This document shows, in pieces, positions 1 through 11,711 of a stretch of DNA of 64,000 bases (the stretch's first letter is position 1; each line of letters starts with the position of its first letter). Source of the stretch: Negaprion brevirostris (Eukaryota). The DNA lies in NCBI GenBank assembly GCA_030324005.1, contig JARDVH010000124.1, positions 50,895,029 through 50,959,028 of the forward strand, written 5' to 3'. The translations under genes and the position numbers were made by a program. The notes under the pieces are model-generated. The model was not told the DNA's origin, did not search any database, and saw nothing but the letters and a program-made list of their open reading frames with translations.

Positions 1-260
1 CACAGGTTTAGGGTGCTGGGGAGTAGGTACAGAGGAGATGTCAGGGGTAAGTTTTTCACTCAGAGGGTGGTGGGTGAATAGAATCGGCTGCCATCGGTGG
101 TGGTGGAGGCAAATTCCTTCGGGTCTTTTCAGAGACTTCTGGATAAGTACATGGGACTAAATAGGATTTAGGGTTATAGGTAAGCCTGGTAGGTAGAGAT
201 AAAATCGGCGCAACTTGTGGGCCGAACAGCCTGTTTGTGCTGTAGTTTTTCTATGATTTG
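1..260 (+). mobile_element. CR1-type LINE 3' end
   Basis: Typical CR1 terminal coding/3'UTR pattern (ttttcactcagagggtggtggg...gggccgaacagcctgtttgtgctgtag...ctatg). Confidence 0.75.
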
Positions 261-661
261 TGTATCCCAGAAGCATTTAAATGCCCAACGTGAAAATTAA
301 TGGATGGGCAGGCTGGTCACTGTGGTGAAGAGTTGGATGAGGTGGTAGTCAGGAAGATACTTGGGTCTGATCAGAGAGAAGTAGTCGGGTGGTTGGGAGG
401 TGAAGCTAGGGATGGTCAGGTCAGGGGGTGGGCGAGGTTTGGTAATAGGTCTGGACATCAAAACAAAAATTGTATACAACAGGAAAAATAGGAAAATGAA
501 CTAGATTTTTAAAAACTTTGTAAAGAAACTAAAACCTCATCTAGATGATTATCACAGATAAGTGAATACAGCTTTGAGATTTTTAGAAGCGCAGACTTTC
601 AAAAAGAATTACTTTTGTGGGACCTATATTTCAGCAAATCAACACGGCTAAGCAGTTAATG

Positions 662-829
662 TAGAATTATAGAATCCTACAGTGCAGGAGGAGACCATTC
701 GGTCCATTGAGTCTGCATCGACCACAATCCCACCCAAGCCTATTCCTGTAACCCCACATATTTACCCTGCTGACACCCTGACACTAGTGTCAATTTAGCA
801 TAGCCAATCCACCTAACCCACACATTTTT

Positions 830-883
<54 letters not shown>

Positions 884-1038
884 GGGGGTGGTGGTGGTGG
901 AGAGAACCGAACACCTGGAAGACACCCATGCAGACACAGGGAGAATGTACAAACTCCACACCGACAGTGACCCAAGGCCAGAATTGAACCCTGGTCCCTG
1001 GCGCTGTGAGGCAGCAGTGCTAACTACTGTGCTACCCC
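662..1038 (-). mobile_element. HE1-type shark V-SINE (tRNA-derived), with an internal (TG)n expansion
   Basis: Reverse complement has tRNA head GGTAGCACAGTAGTTAGCACTGCTGCCTCACAGCGCCAGGGACCAGGGTTCAATTC, a V-domain core and a GATTCTAT tail. Confidence 0.9.
834..900. repeat. (TG)~23 microsatellite followed by a G8/(GGT)n tract
   Basis: Directly visible. Confidence 0.97.
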
Positions 1039-1504
1039 ATATAAAAAGCATGACATGTCCTTTTCTGTCACAGGTTAATATATTGTGCCATCTCAACATC
1101 TAATGTCCAATGTGCAATACTTAAGATTGCAATATACAGATGTATTTAGAAATAAATCCAGGAGGTAATTAATATTAAGCTTCTTCAAGCAATAAAATAA
1201 ATCACAATGCAGTTTACTGTAATCTTCAAAAAATGGTATAATTAAGTATAACTAAAAATCATCTGCATATAAAGCCACATACATGCATACTGGAGTTCAG
1301 GTGAGTTAATCATCACTCCAACATTATACATTTGAGTAAATTAATCAAGATTACTGCTTTATTATTTCCAGACACATAACCATTATTCTTTATTTAAAGA
1401 AGTGTAGCAAAATGCAACAACCAGATAACTATAATTTGCAGACTGGAAACACTGGAGCCTTTCACACCCCGCATTAAATAATTCTAATTGTCTTAAATAC
1501 TCAC

Positions 1505-1648
1505 ATGAACTGCTGGACTGTTTTGGTTGGAACGAGACCTTCGTCTTGATGTGATGCCTATGTTTTCACCTTTCAGCAGAGAATGAACAACATCATCCAA
1601 AAAAGTCATTTGTACCATGGATGGGTCAACATTTTGTGGTTCTAGCAC
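1505..1648 (-). CDS. JMJD1C: JMJD1C coding exon (equivalent to human exon 6), 144 bp
   Basis: aaaccag|GTG CTA GAA...GTT CAT|gtgagta; translates VLEPQNVDPSMVQMTFLDDVVHSLLKGENIGITSRRRSRSNQNSPAVH, matching JMJD1C. It is absent from the ORF track. Confidence 0.96.
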
Positions 1649-2119
1649 CTGGTTTGTTCACAAAAACAGAACAGCGTTTACAATATGTAGCAAAAAAAAA
1701 CAGCATTTTAGGTGCAGTATCTAAAATATTGCACTGAATAAGCACTAATGGTACTTAGCATTTGTACTATATACATTTCCCACCCTTGACTGTTATCCTG
1801 TGACCCATGCTAGAACGTGCATGTGTTGGCAATGTGTTTCACTACAACGAATAGCCTGTTGACATTTACTATCAAGGTTCATCTATGAAAAAGAAACACT
1901 GCAGTCAGATATTGCAACTTCCGACATCAGTGAGGCTGAACTGTAATATGGGTCTCATCACCTTTCTTAAGGTGGAACACAAATGGACATTTATAAAATT
2001 GCATAGCTTAAGGTGGTGATAATTTAACTAAAATTTGCACATGGTTCACATCGTATTTTTTCTACATTTCAGAATAGTCAGATCAATAAATTCATGTAAC
2101 AACAATAAGAAATCTCTCC

Positions 2120-3757
2120 AAATCAGTATTCATCAAAGAGGAGGGCATGGAGGATAGAAGTTAGTGTCGAGCTAATATGCTGGGGCATTTTGAGATCAAG
2201 AAAGAAGCGGTGTTGGGTCTCTTGAAGAGCGTTAAGGCACTTAAGGCCCCAGGGCCCGATACGATCTATCCCAGGTTACTGAGAGAGAAGCGCAAGAGAG
2301 GAAATTGCTGGGGCCCTAACAAAGATTTTTGTATCCTCACTAGCTACGAGAGGGGTCCTGGAGAGTAGCTAATGTCGTTCCTCTGTTCAAGAAGGGGAAA
2401 GGGGGCAAATCCAGGAAATTATAGACTGGTGAGTCTCACGTTGGTGGTCCGGAAGCCAGTGAAGAGAATTCTTAGGGATAGGATTCCCGTGAATTTAGAA
2501 AAGCATCACCTAATTAGGAAAAGTTGGCATGGCTTTGTGCAGGGCAGGCCATGTCTTACTAACTTTTTTTCGAGATGGTGACAAAAGTGATCAGTGAGGG
2601 TAGAGCAGTGGATGTTGTGCACATGGATTTTATTAAGGCTTTTGACAAGCTACTTAATAGTAGGTTCAGCCAGAAGATTAAGACTCACATGACTTAACCA
2701 CTTGAATTCAGAATTGGCTTGTCCATAGAAGTCAAAGTGTAGTGACGGAAGAGCATTTTTCTGGCTGGAGGTGCGAGACTAGTAGATTTGGATGAAAACA
2801 TCGATGGGTGGGTTAGTAAGTTTGCAGACACAGAGATAGGTGGAGTTGTTGATAATGTAGAAGGTTGTCGAGGGATACAGCAGCTTACAGATCAGCTGTG
2901 GATATGGGTGGAGAAATGGCAGATGGAGTTTAATTCAGACAAGTATGAGGTGCTGCACTTTGGGAGATCAAATGTTAGAAGTAGCATACAGTTAATGGCA
3001 GGACCCTGAACAGCACTGATGTGCAGGGGAATCTCCGGGTTCAAGTCCGTAGCTCCCTGAAAGTGACCACACAAGTAGATAGGGTGGTAAAGGAGGCATG
3101 TCATTTTTGTCTTTATTGATTGGAGCATTGAGTAAAAGAGTCAGGTTGCAGCTTTATAAAAATTTGATGCCGCTGTACTTAAGAGTATTGCATCCAATTC
3201 TGGTCACCACATTACAGAAGATATGGATGCTTTGAAGAGGGAACAGAAGAGGTTTACTAGGATGATGCCTGGATTATAGGGTATGAACTGTAAGGAGAGG
3301 CTGTAAAAACTAGGGTTGTTTTCTCTGTACTGACAGTGGCTTAAGGGAGACTTTATAGAAGTCTATAAAATTATGAGAGGCTTATATCGGGTTGACAGCC
3401 AGAATCTTTTTCCCCAGAGTTAAAATGTCTAATACTAAGGGACATGCACTTCAGGTGGCTGGGTGGGTAGGTGGCTGGGTGGGTAGGTGGGGGCGGGCAG
3501 TTCAAAGGAGATGTGAGGGGCAGGGGTTTTTTTTTTTTACACGGAGAGTGATAACTGTCTAGAACGTGCTACCAGGGATGGTGGTGCAGGCAAGTCGACA
3601 GGGGCATTTAAAGGGATTTTAGATAAGCACATGAATATGCAAGGAATAGATGGATATGAACCATGTTTAGGCAGAAGGGATTAGTTCAATTTGGCATCAT
3701 ATTTGGCACAACATCATGGGCTGAAGGCTCTGTTTCTGTGCTGTACTGTTGTATGTT
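2120..3757 (+). mobile_element. Decayed CR1-type LINE (RT region plus 3' tail, internally deleted)
   Basis: ORF fragments KAPGPDTIYPRLL, NPGNYRLVSLT, HGFVQGRPCLTN, SKFAD.EIGGVV and WQMEFNSDK; tail gggctgaaggctctgtttctgtgctgtactg. Confidence 0.92.
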
Positions 3758-3771
3758 TTAAATCTGTTTAC

Positions 3772-3896
3772 CTGGTCATTCATCACGATCATAGTGCGGC
3801 TTAAAAGATCGTGATAGGTAATGATACCAGTGAACCACTGGGTGGCAGAATCTTGCCTGTATACTCGTACTCTATAGCCGTTCAATGAATAGGGAC
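3772..3896 (-). CDS. JMJD1C: JMJD1C coding exon (equivalent to human exon 5), 125 bp
   Basis: cttacag|GT CCC TAT...GAC CAG|gtaaac; translates (G)PYSLNGYRVRVYRQDSATQWFTGIITYHDLLSRTMIVMNDQ. The phase-1 junction with the previous exon restores Gly. Confidence 0.97.
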
Positions 3897-4134
3897 CTGT
3901 AAGAATCAAAAAAAGAACTGATAACGGCAAAGATAAAAGAGAGAGAATTGAAAGTAATGTTTTATATCAGTTCCTGGTGTTACAAGGGTTAAAAAGCTGG
4001 CCCCAAAATAAACTAATTGTGTCAAATATGTTGCTCATCATTTTGCATTAAAATGAATTTTAAAATAAAGTTGGTAATATTATTTATTTTTCCACGTAAC
4101 AATACAAATGCACAAGGAGAACGCAAAATAATAC

Positions 4135-4240
4135 CTTGCATAAAAATCTCCTGAACTTTTTGTTCTTTAACCCAAGCTTTCACTTCTTCATGAAGCAAAG
4201 GGTTGTCCCTGAGAACTGGGCTCAGACTGTCTATGTCGTC
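4135..4240 (-). CDS. JMJD1C: JMJD1C coding exon (equivalent to human exon 4), 106 bp
   Basis: ttttaaaaag|GAC GAC ATA...ATG CAA G|gtatt; translates DDIDSLSPVLRDNPLLHEEVKAWVKEQKVQEIFMQ(G), nearly identical to the vertebrate JMJD1C N-terminal region. Confidence 0.96.
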
Positions 4241-4489
4241 CTTTTTAAAAAAAAACAGAAGTGTCTTTGTTATTTTGTGAAGCTCAGTGTAGTTGTCGTG
4301 CCATGTTCCACTTGTCACAGCTACCTTTTCTTTTAATCTTCTGTACCATAGACCTATATTCTTACATTCATCCAGAGTCTTTGCCTCTCTTTTCTCACAA
4401 CCTCTCTTCTTTCCCTTCAGACCTGCCTCTTGAACAAGTTTTAAACCACCTGCCCTAAAGTCGCCTTCAACCTTTAATAGTCACTGCGT

Positions 4490-4985
4490 TCGTCCCACCT
4501 GGAAAATTGTGTCCAGTCCTGTGCGCCACAGATAAGGTGGATGCGAGACTTCAGTCAGGTGGAGAAACTAGCTGGCTAGGATAGTTCTCCTCAGGACAGA
4601 GAAAGTTAGAGGAAGGTTTAAAAGGGTTGTTGAAAATCATTAAAGATTTTAATAGAGTAAATGAGGGGAAAATGTTTCCAGTGACATGAAGTATGGCAAT
4701 CAGAGGAAATAGATTAATAGTAATAAGCAAACGAACGAGAGGTAAGCTGAAGGTTTGTTTTCTTTTTTAAACACAGCAAATTTTCATGATTTGGAAGGTA
4801 TTGTTAGAGAGAAGGTAAAGCAGGTTCAAAATTAACTTACAAATATAAATTGGATATTTAAAGAAAACTTTGAATAAAAGAAAACTTTGCAGGTCAATGA
4901 GGAAAAGATAGGGCAATGGGGACTAAATTCTAGTAATGGCACGATGGGACACATTCTCCTCTTATACTGTTCCAATCTTTGATTC
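4490..4985 (+). mobile_element. Old CR1-type LINE 3' fragment
   Basis: ccacctggaaaattgtgtccagtcctgtgcgcc (HLE.CVQ.WAP-like) and a CR1-like tail. Confidence 0.7.
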
Positions 4986-6037
4986 CATTTGAAAAGACGA
5001 CAAGTTACAACTCAAAATACCACGCAGTTTAATGGACAATCAAGCATTTGGACAAGGGCCTGAAAATTGACAGACCCAATTCCTACTCCTTAAATAAGGC
5101 ATATTGCTTTCATTATATGTGGTCATTCCCATTTCTCTTCAAATTAAGGCACATGTTCAAATGAATTTAAGAATATACCCACAGTCTCCTGCTGAGTTTT
5201 CAATCTGTGACAGGTCGTAAGGACCTTACACAAACGTTCAAATTTAAATTAACATTAGCAACTATCAGAAAAAGCATATAACCTATCATTTTGTACATTA
5301 ACACATCAAACTAGAGTATATTTTTTAGAAAGGCAGAATTTATGTAAAAATAGATTTCCTTTCTTCTACATACTATAACTGTGCACAAGTCCAACAAATC
5401 TCAATAAGATTTCCTTTGACAGTTAACCGAATTATTCTATTCCAAATCTTTCCTATTCCAAACCAGTAGTATAATTTTATCTCTCCTCAACTGGGGATGA
5501 TGCACCAGGGAAAAGGGACTATATTTGTATCGCCTGCAGGTATCAAAAGGGCTCACACTATTTGATATATTTGCAAAAATAAAATGACCTGAAAATGATT
5601 TCAACTGGAGAGAGAAGAAAAGTAGATAGCATTAGGTGAGATTTAATGAAAAACTCTTTTTCATGCAAGAATTCCTATTTTAGTCTCCAACATCAATGCA
5701 GTTGTACAAAGGGAAATCAGTGACAAGCCCAAAAGCAAATTCTATTCAAAATCCTGCTGTAGAAGATAAAAGGATAGGATCATACTTCTCATTTCACAAT
5801 GTGAAAAAGGCCAACCAAAGTAAGCAACCTACTTTATTCCATTAATTTGCTCTGAACATTACACTTCTAGCCAAATGACCTTACACTTTTACAAGAAATA
5901 AACATATTAATACACCGAAGTGTGAATGCGCATGTATGCGCATGTGAATAACCTGTATGTAATGCTTTATCTTTTTAAACTTATTTTCTACTTTGACCCA
6001 AGATTTATTCCGTATTGCATACAATAACAGGCATATT

Positions 6038-6428
6038 GGAAATTGTGGGTTCAAGTTCCATCATCAAGGCTTGGGCACAAAATCTATGCTAACATTTCAG
6101 TGCAGAATTGAGGGAGTGTTCCACCAAAGGTATCTTTTTTGGATGTGATGTTAAATTGGAGCCCCAAACTGCCTTTTTATGTGGACATTGGAATTGAGAT
6201 ATGGCCACTTCGAGAGCAGCACAGTCTAAGTCAATACTTTTCCCTCAACTTGTATGGATGATACAGATTATTTGGCAATCATACTACAGTTTGACAGACC
6301 TTGCTGTGTGCAAATCAGCTGCTATGTCTCTCCACATTACAGAAATGATCACATTTTGAATGCACTTCACTAATTATAAAGATTGTTGGAACAACCTGAG
6401 GTTGTGAATGGTGCTTTGTAAGCGTAAT
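6038..6428 (+). mobile_element. Deu-domain SINE (SacSINE1/AmnSINE-like), degenerate
   Basis: gtgggttcaagttcc...gggcacaaaatctatgctaacatttcagtgcagaattgagggagtg...ttgctgtgtgcaaatcagctgc; similar to the copies at 44.6-45.2, 58.3, 62.1 and 63.6 kb. Confidence 0.75.
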
Positions 6429-7734
6429 CCAGAAGCCATATAGAAAACATTCTAAGCGATTGCAATCTTCAGCAAGAACCATCCAAAGCCATGACTGCCA
6501 CTAACATAACAACAATATTGGACCCCACCGCAAGTTTCACATTCTTCAAAGTAAATTTTCAACCTTCTGAGAATTACGTCCAGGGTTATCTGCATAACTG
6601 CCTAAAAATGAAATCACAATGACGATGAGCTCCAAATCTTGACTTCAGTGACAGTGGTTAAAAAACAACATGCTTTATAACAGTACAACTCATTATCTCC
6701 ATTTATCCTGAACATTGTCAGCACCAAATGGCTCCCAGACTCAGACTGCATATCTAAACTGAACCAATTTAACCATTACAAAAAAGCCTTCCATCACCTC
6801 ATGCACTCCAAAACAAATTAAATTATTCCAATGTTCTGCTTCTCCAAATACATTAAGATAATGATTCTTAACAAGCTCACTTCAAGATGTTCAATCACAA
6901 GGTGCAAGAACCAAAATATCTGCAACCTACCTCATTCTGATGGTTTTGATCGAGTTGACCTTTGTTCAAATTGAATCATATTGCATAACTGATATTTTTG
7001 AATATGCCATACTTGATTCAGAAATGAAGTTATGTGAAGGAATCACATCTCCTACTGACTACCAATTAATTTCAAACACTGTGGTTACTTAATAAGTTAA
7101 CTACAGCCTTGGCATCATTACCGAGTTGGGAAAACAGAAAACAAGTTCATAAGTTGGCAGGTCAAGATTAATGTTCTCTCTAAATTGCACACACAACTTC
7201 CACATTGCAATGCGGCAAGTTAACACACAGGCTGCTGACAAAAAGCCTCCCTTTTAAGATATTGCACATGTGGGGTCAAAGAAAAAAAAAGGTACTGTGC
7301 ACTGAAATCAACATGCCATGCCTAATCAAAGAAAACTAGAGTGAACACTGGTTAAGAGGCTGCAGCATACACAGCATTTTTGTTAGTATAAAAACATGAC
7401 TTGGACTGATCAGAGCAACCAGCATAAGACAAGCCAGGAACTCCAGAATCCATTCCACCCTCAGTCCTAGGTAAGGCAAACAATGTTTGCAGAGATGGGA
7501 TGTTAAACAAATGAAAAGAAACACAGCTGAACTGAACTACATATCTTGGAACAGCTTGATCCAAATTCGCATTGAAACAAAAGGTTTATTGTAGAAAGTA
7601 CAGGGAGTGTTCTTACTGGCCACAAAATAAATTTGCTCTACTTACATGGTGCAAGTTCAATTGAAACATCTGTTTCAAACAAATCCAAAAATGCAGTACT
7701 GCACATCCACTAATGTTTCATTTTTCAAATTTAT

Positions 7735-8072
7735 TTTTAAGATGCAAGCGTTGCTCGGCAAGGCCAGCATTTTTTTGCCTATTCCTATACTAAATTGTTT
7801 ATTTGTGCCACTTCAGGAATGAATTATGTTGATGTGGGAGTTGAGTCAGAGTTTTGACAGACAGCATTGGTTAACTTCCCCAAAAGGTGTTAGTATGGCA
7901 ATTGGGTTATTATTACAATTCATCAGAATCATGGCCAATTTAATTGATACCAACTTTTTTAACATGAATTTAAATTTTCAGATCATATTGGATTTAAACC
8001 TGTATCCCCTGAATTAGTAGGCTAGGCCTGTGGATTACTTGCTCAATACATAACCAATAAACTACTGTATCC
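7735..8072 (-). mobile_element. Old tRNA-derived SINE with a LINE-like tail
   Basis: Reverse complement begins acagtagtttattggttatgtattgagcaagtaatccacaggcctagcctactaattcaggggatacaggtttaaatcc; the tail resembles the repeat at 42.6 and 49.7 kb. Confidence 0.55.
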
Positions 8073-8396
8073 TGTGAGATTGCTTCACCCTCTTCAACAA
8101 ATACACAGAACACCTTCACATCACCACATACTGGTAATGCATTGGATGAGAATAAAAATGCTAAACTGTTTACTGTACAGACAAAAACAATATTGTTAAG
8201 AAAAAAGCCACAATCCTATAACATCAAAACTCAGCTGCAAAATCTATATGTTACATTTTAAAAGTGGGTCAACATATTTGTCATGGCAAGTTACATCAGC
8301 ATTTATGCCCATCATCTTCCTCAAACACCACTGTTGTTAATCATGCAATCATACGGTGACAGAGTCCAAGCACAATCCAACAGACTAGAGTAATAA

Positions 8397-8696
8397 NNNN
8401 NNNNNNNNNNNNNNNNNNNNNNNNNNNNNNNNNNNNNNNNNNNNNNNNNNNNNNNNNNNNNNNNNNNNNNNNNNNNNNNNNNNNNNNNNNNNNNNNNNNN
8501 NNNNNNNNNNNNNNNNNNNNNNNNNNNNNNNNNNNNNNNNNNNNNNNNNNNNNNNNNNNNNNNNNNNNNNNNNNNNNNNNNNNNNNNNNNNNNNNNNNNN
8601 NNNNNNNNNNNNNNNNNNNNNNNNNNNNNNNNNNNNNNNNNNNNNNNNNNNNNNNNNNNNNNNNNNNNNNNNNNNNNNNNNNNNNNNNNNNNNNNN
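8397..8696. other. Assembly gap (300 N). Other gaps: 16043-16052, 16536-16635, 32364-32382, 46818-46917, 49391-49400, 54247-54256, 60410-60419
   Basis: N runs are directly visible. Confidence 0.99.
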
Positions 8697-8719
8697 CGAA
8701 TGGTTTAGTATTACCCCTT

Positions 8720-9263
8720 GTTTGTATTGTAAGTAGTTTTCGGCCCCTTATTTAAGGAAAGATATTATTTCACTGGAGTCAATTCAGAAGGTACATCAGG
8801 ATGATTCCCCAATGTAAGGATTCTCTTATGAGGAAAGATTAAACAGGTTGGGAGTCTATTCATTGGAATTTAGAATGGGAAATGATCTCATTTTAACATA
8901 TACAATTCAGAAGGGGCTTGACAGGTAAGTGCTGAGAGGATGTTTCTCCTCATGGGAGAATCGAGGACCAAAGGGTCTAGCCTCAGAATAACAGGGCACC
9001 AATTTAAGACTGAGATGAGGGGGAATTTCTTTTCTCAGAAGGGTGAGAATCTTTGGAAGTCACTGCCACAGAGAGCTGTGGGGATAGTCAACGTGTATAT
9101 AAAGCTGAAATAGCTGGATTTTTTTAATCAGTAAGGGAATCAAGAGTTACGGGAAAGGGCAGGAAAGTGGATGTGAGGAATGTCAGATCAGTTATGATCC
9201 TATTGAATGGGGAGCAGGTTTGAAGTGCCGAAGGGCCTACTTCTGTTCCTATTTCTTATGGTC
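8720..9263 (+). mobile_element. CR1-type LINE 3' end
   Basis: atttaagactgagatgagggggaatttctttt...gaagggcctacttctgttcctatttcttatg tail. Confidence 0.85.
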
Positions 9264-10909
9264 TGAAGAGGCTAATGAAATGATCATGAAATAACTTGAT
9301 TGCCGCATCAGTGATAACACCCGTAGGGCCAGTGTAGTTTACAATAGGCATGCTTTATTCTTGAAGCTCCAGCTCATAAAAAGGGGTTGGAAAAACTATT
9401 TTAGTTGAATGATGCAAACAAGAGATGCAGGTCAGGTAAATGGATTTCAAAAAGCTTAAAACATTCAAAAAAGTTGCATGCAAATTGCAGCTATTTGAAG
9501 GTGTTCAAGATAGTTTTAAAAAACAGATTCACGCTAATCTTACAATTTTCAACGAATTGATGGAATTCATGATACTTTTAGTAGTTCATTCAAAAAAGGA
9601 AAACAGCACAGATGGTCAAGTACCCAGTCGTAAAGCTCAGTATACTCAAACAATCTATTTAAGTTTGACTTCAATGACCAAAGACAGCGATTCACAGCAA
9701 AGGATGCAGGAAGGTTTTGCAAAGTAGATATACCTCCATCCAGGAAGAATACACATTCTACCACATGGAATGTATAAAATGACAACCTGGAAATTAATTT
9801 CACTTACAAATCACCTCTTTAAGAAAAACCTAAATTTCCTGTTTACTTTTTGTTACTGTTATGGACTCCATTCTTAACTTAAACTAGTGTTTCAGATTCA
9901 ACTTTACAATTCACTTTACAGTTGTAGTCTGCTTTATGAGGTCACCTCCTTTCTCTGAAAAACACATTCTTAATAGCTCAGTGGCTGTGGGACTGTGAAG
10001 CAAATTTGGGGCTCTTCCTTGCATCACCGCCAGAACTAAGAGTCATATTTGTGTGTTGCTGATTGAAATTCATCACAGTGCTCAGAGAGTTATCTGATTA
10101 TTGATGACTCAGTGGTCAAACATTTGTTTTGTTGATATGACCGCAACATTCTAATTGCTTTGTTGATTTGCTGCTCCAAAAGGTTGAACACTAAACCCAC
10201 CAATGTCCCTGGTTCATTCATAGCTTTTTTTTTTCATTTGAAATCAATGATCCAATCTATATAAAACATTCCCATACTTGTAGCTGGCTAGAACTAGTTT
10301 CTCCTGTGGATTATCAGTGCAATACACGAAGAATTTTCCCTTCCTGCAGAAAGCTGCAGGAGATAAGAAACAGCTGTTTATACAAATGTCATACATACTC
10401 ATTGCCAGAACAGGCAAACAAGACAAGAGAGTTGTGACTCCACACACCACAGCAATCCTGCAACGCTTACATTGAACCACTTAATGCAAGTCAGCTATGA
10501 ACTTGCAATAAATGAATCTTTGATGTGCCACAAATGGAATGTTTTGACCATAACTACCCAAGACAGCATGCTGCAAAGAGAAAAGAGAGAAAGAAATAGG
10601 CAGTCACATGTGCAGAAAAACATCTCACCAGTTAATTGCAGTGCAGACTGAACATATCCCAAGATGTCTGCAGCTTTTGTCTCATTGGACCTGTAATCAG
10701 GGAATGAAGGAGAGGGAGAACTGAAAACAATTAACAGCAACATGGAAAGGATGCTCAGAAAATGATTAGAAATAAAAGAAAAATATTAGAACTAAAAGCA
10801 AACAAATCCCAGGTCTTCACTCGCTTCATCTGAGGGTCTTTAAAAAAGTGGCTGCTCAGATAGCAGATGCCTTGGTTTTGATTTTTCAAAATTCTTCACG
10901 TCCCAGCAT

Positions 10910-11700
10910 ATCACAGAATTGTTACGGCACTTGGCCACTTGGCTATTGCATATGTACAGGCTCTCCAAATGAGCATCAGAGTCTACTGCCATTCCTGTAC
11001 CCCTGAACATGGTCTCTACTCAACTAATCATCTAATGCTCTCTTGAATATCCCAATTGATCCTACCTCCACAACACTTCCAGACAGTGTATTCTAGGCCC
11101 AAACTACTCATGTGAAAAGGGTTTTTCTTGCATTGTATTTGCTTCTTTTGTCCCCCCCAATCTTGATCTTTTTACAAGCAGAAACAGTTTCTCTCTGCCT
11201 ACTCAATCCAGACCATGCATCTCAATCAATTCTCCTCTTTAAGGAGCACAGTTCCAATCTATCTTCATAACTGAAGTTTCTCATCCCTGGAACCATTCTT
11301 GTAAATCTCTCAACATAACCTTCTTGTTGTGTACTCTGTGCCCATATTAATATAGGCCAGAATATTATAATCTGTATTAAGTGCTTTCTCCACCTGCCTT
11401 GCCAGTTTCAATGACTTATGCTTAGACACACCCAGGTCTGTGAAGATTTTGCCCCTTATTTTGCATTATCTCTCCATGTTTTTCCTACCAAAATGCATAA
11501 ACTTACACATCATCTGTCACCTATCTGCCCACTCCATCAACTTGTCCATGCCCTTTTGAAGTTCAACACTTTCATCTTCACAGTTTAAAATACTTCAAAG
11601 TTGTGTGTCATCTGCAAACTTGGAAATTGTCCCCTGCACATTAAGACCTAGATCATCAATATATATCAGCAAAAGCAAGGATCGCAATACTGACCTGGGG
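10910..11700 (-). mobile_element. CR1-type LINE 3' fragment; a short plus-strand CR1 piece precedes it at about 10720-10890
   Basis: Minus-strand KFADDT motif (tgtgtcatctgcaaactt, about 11605-11620) and a CR1-like tail at the left end. Confidence 0.75.
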
Positions 11701-11711
11701 AAAAACACAAA

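Noticed and set aside
740-1103. ORFs with HTHTHT / CVCVCV repeats
   Set aside because: They are translations of a (TG)n microsatellite within a SINE.
3697-4318. ORF-track proteins 3697-3930 and 4022-4318 as standalone genes
   Set aside because: Only the internal parts bounded by AG/GT are real JMJD1C exons; the extensions are intron.
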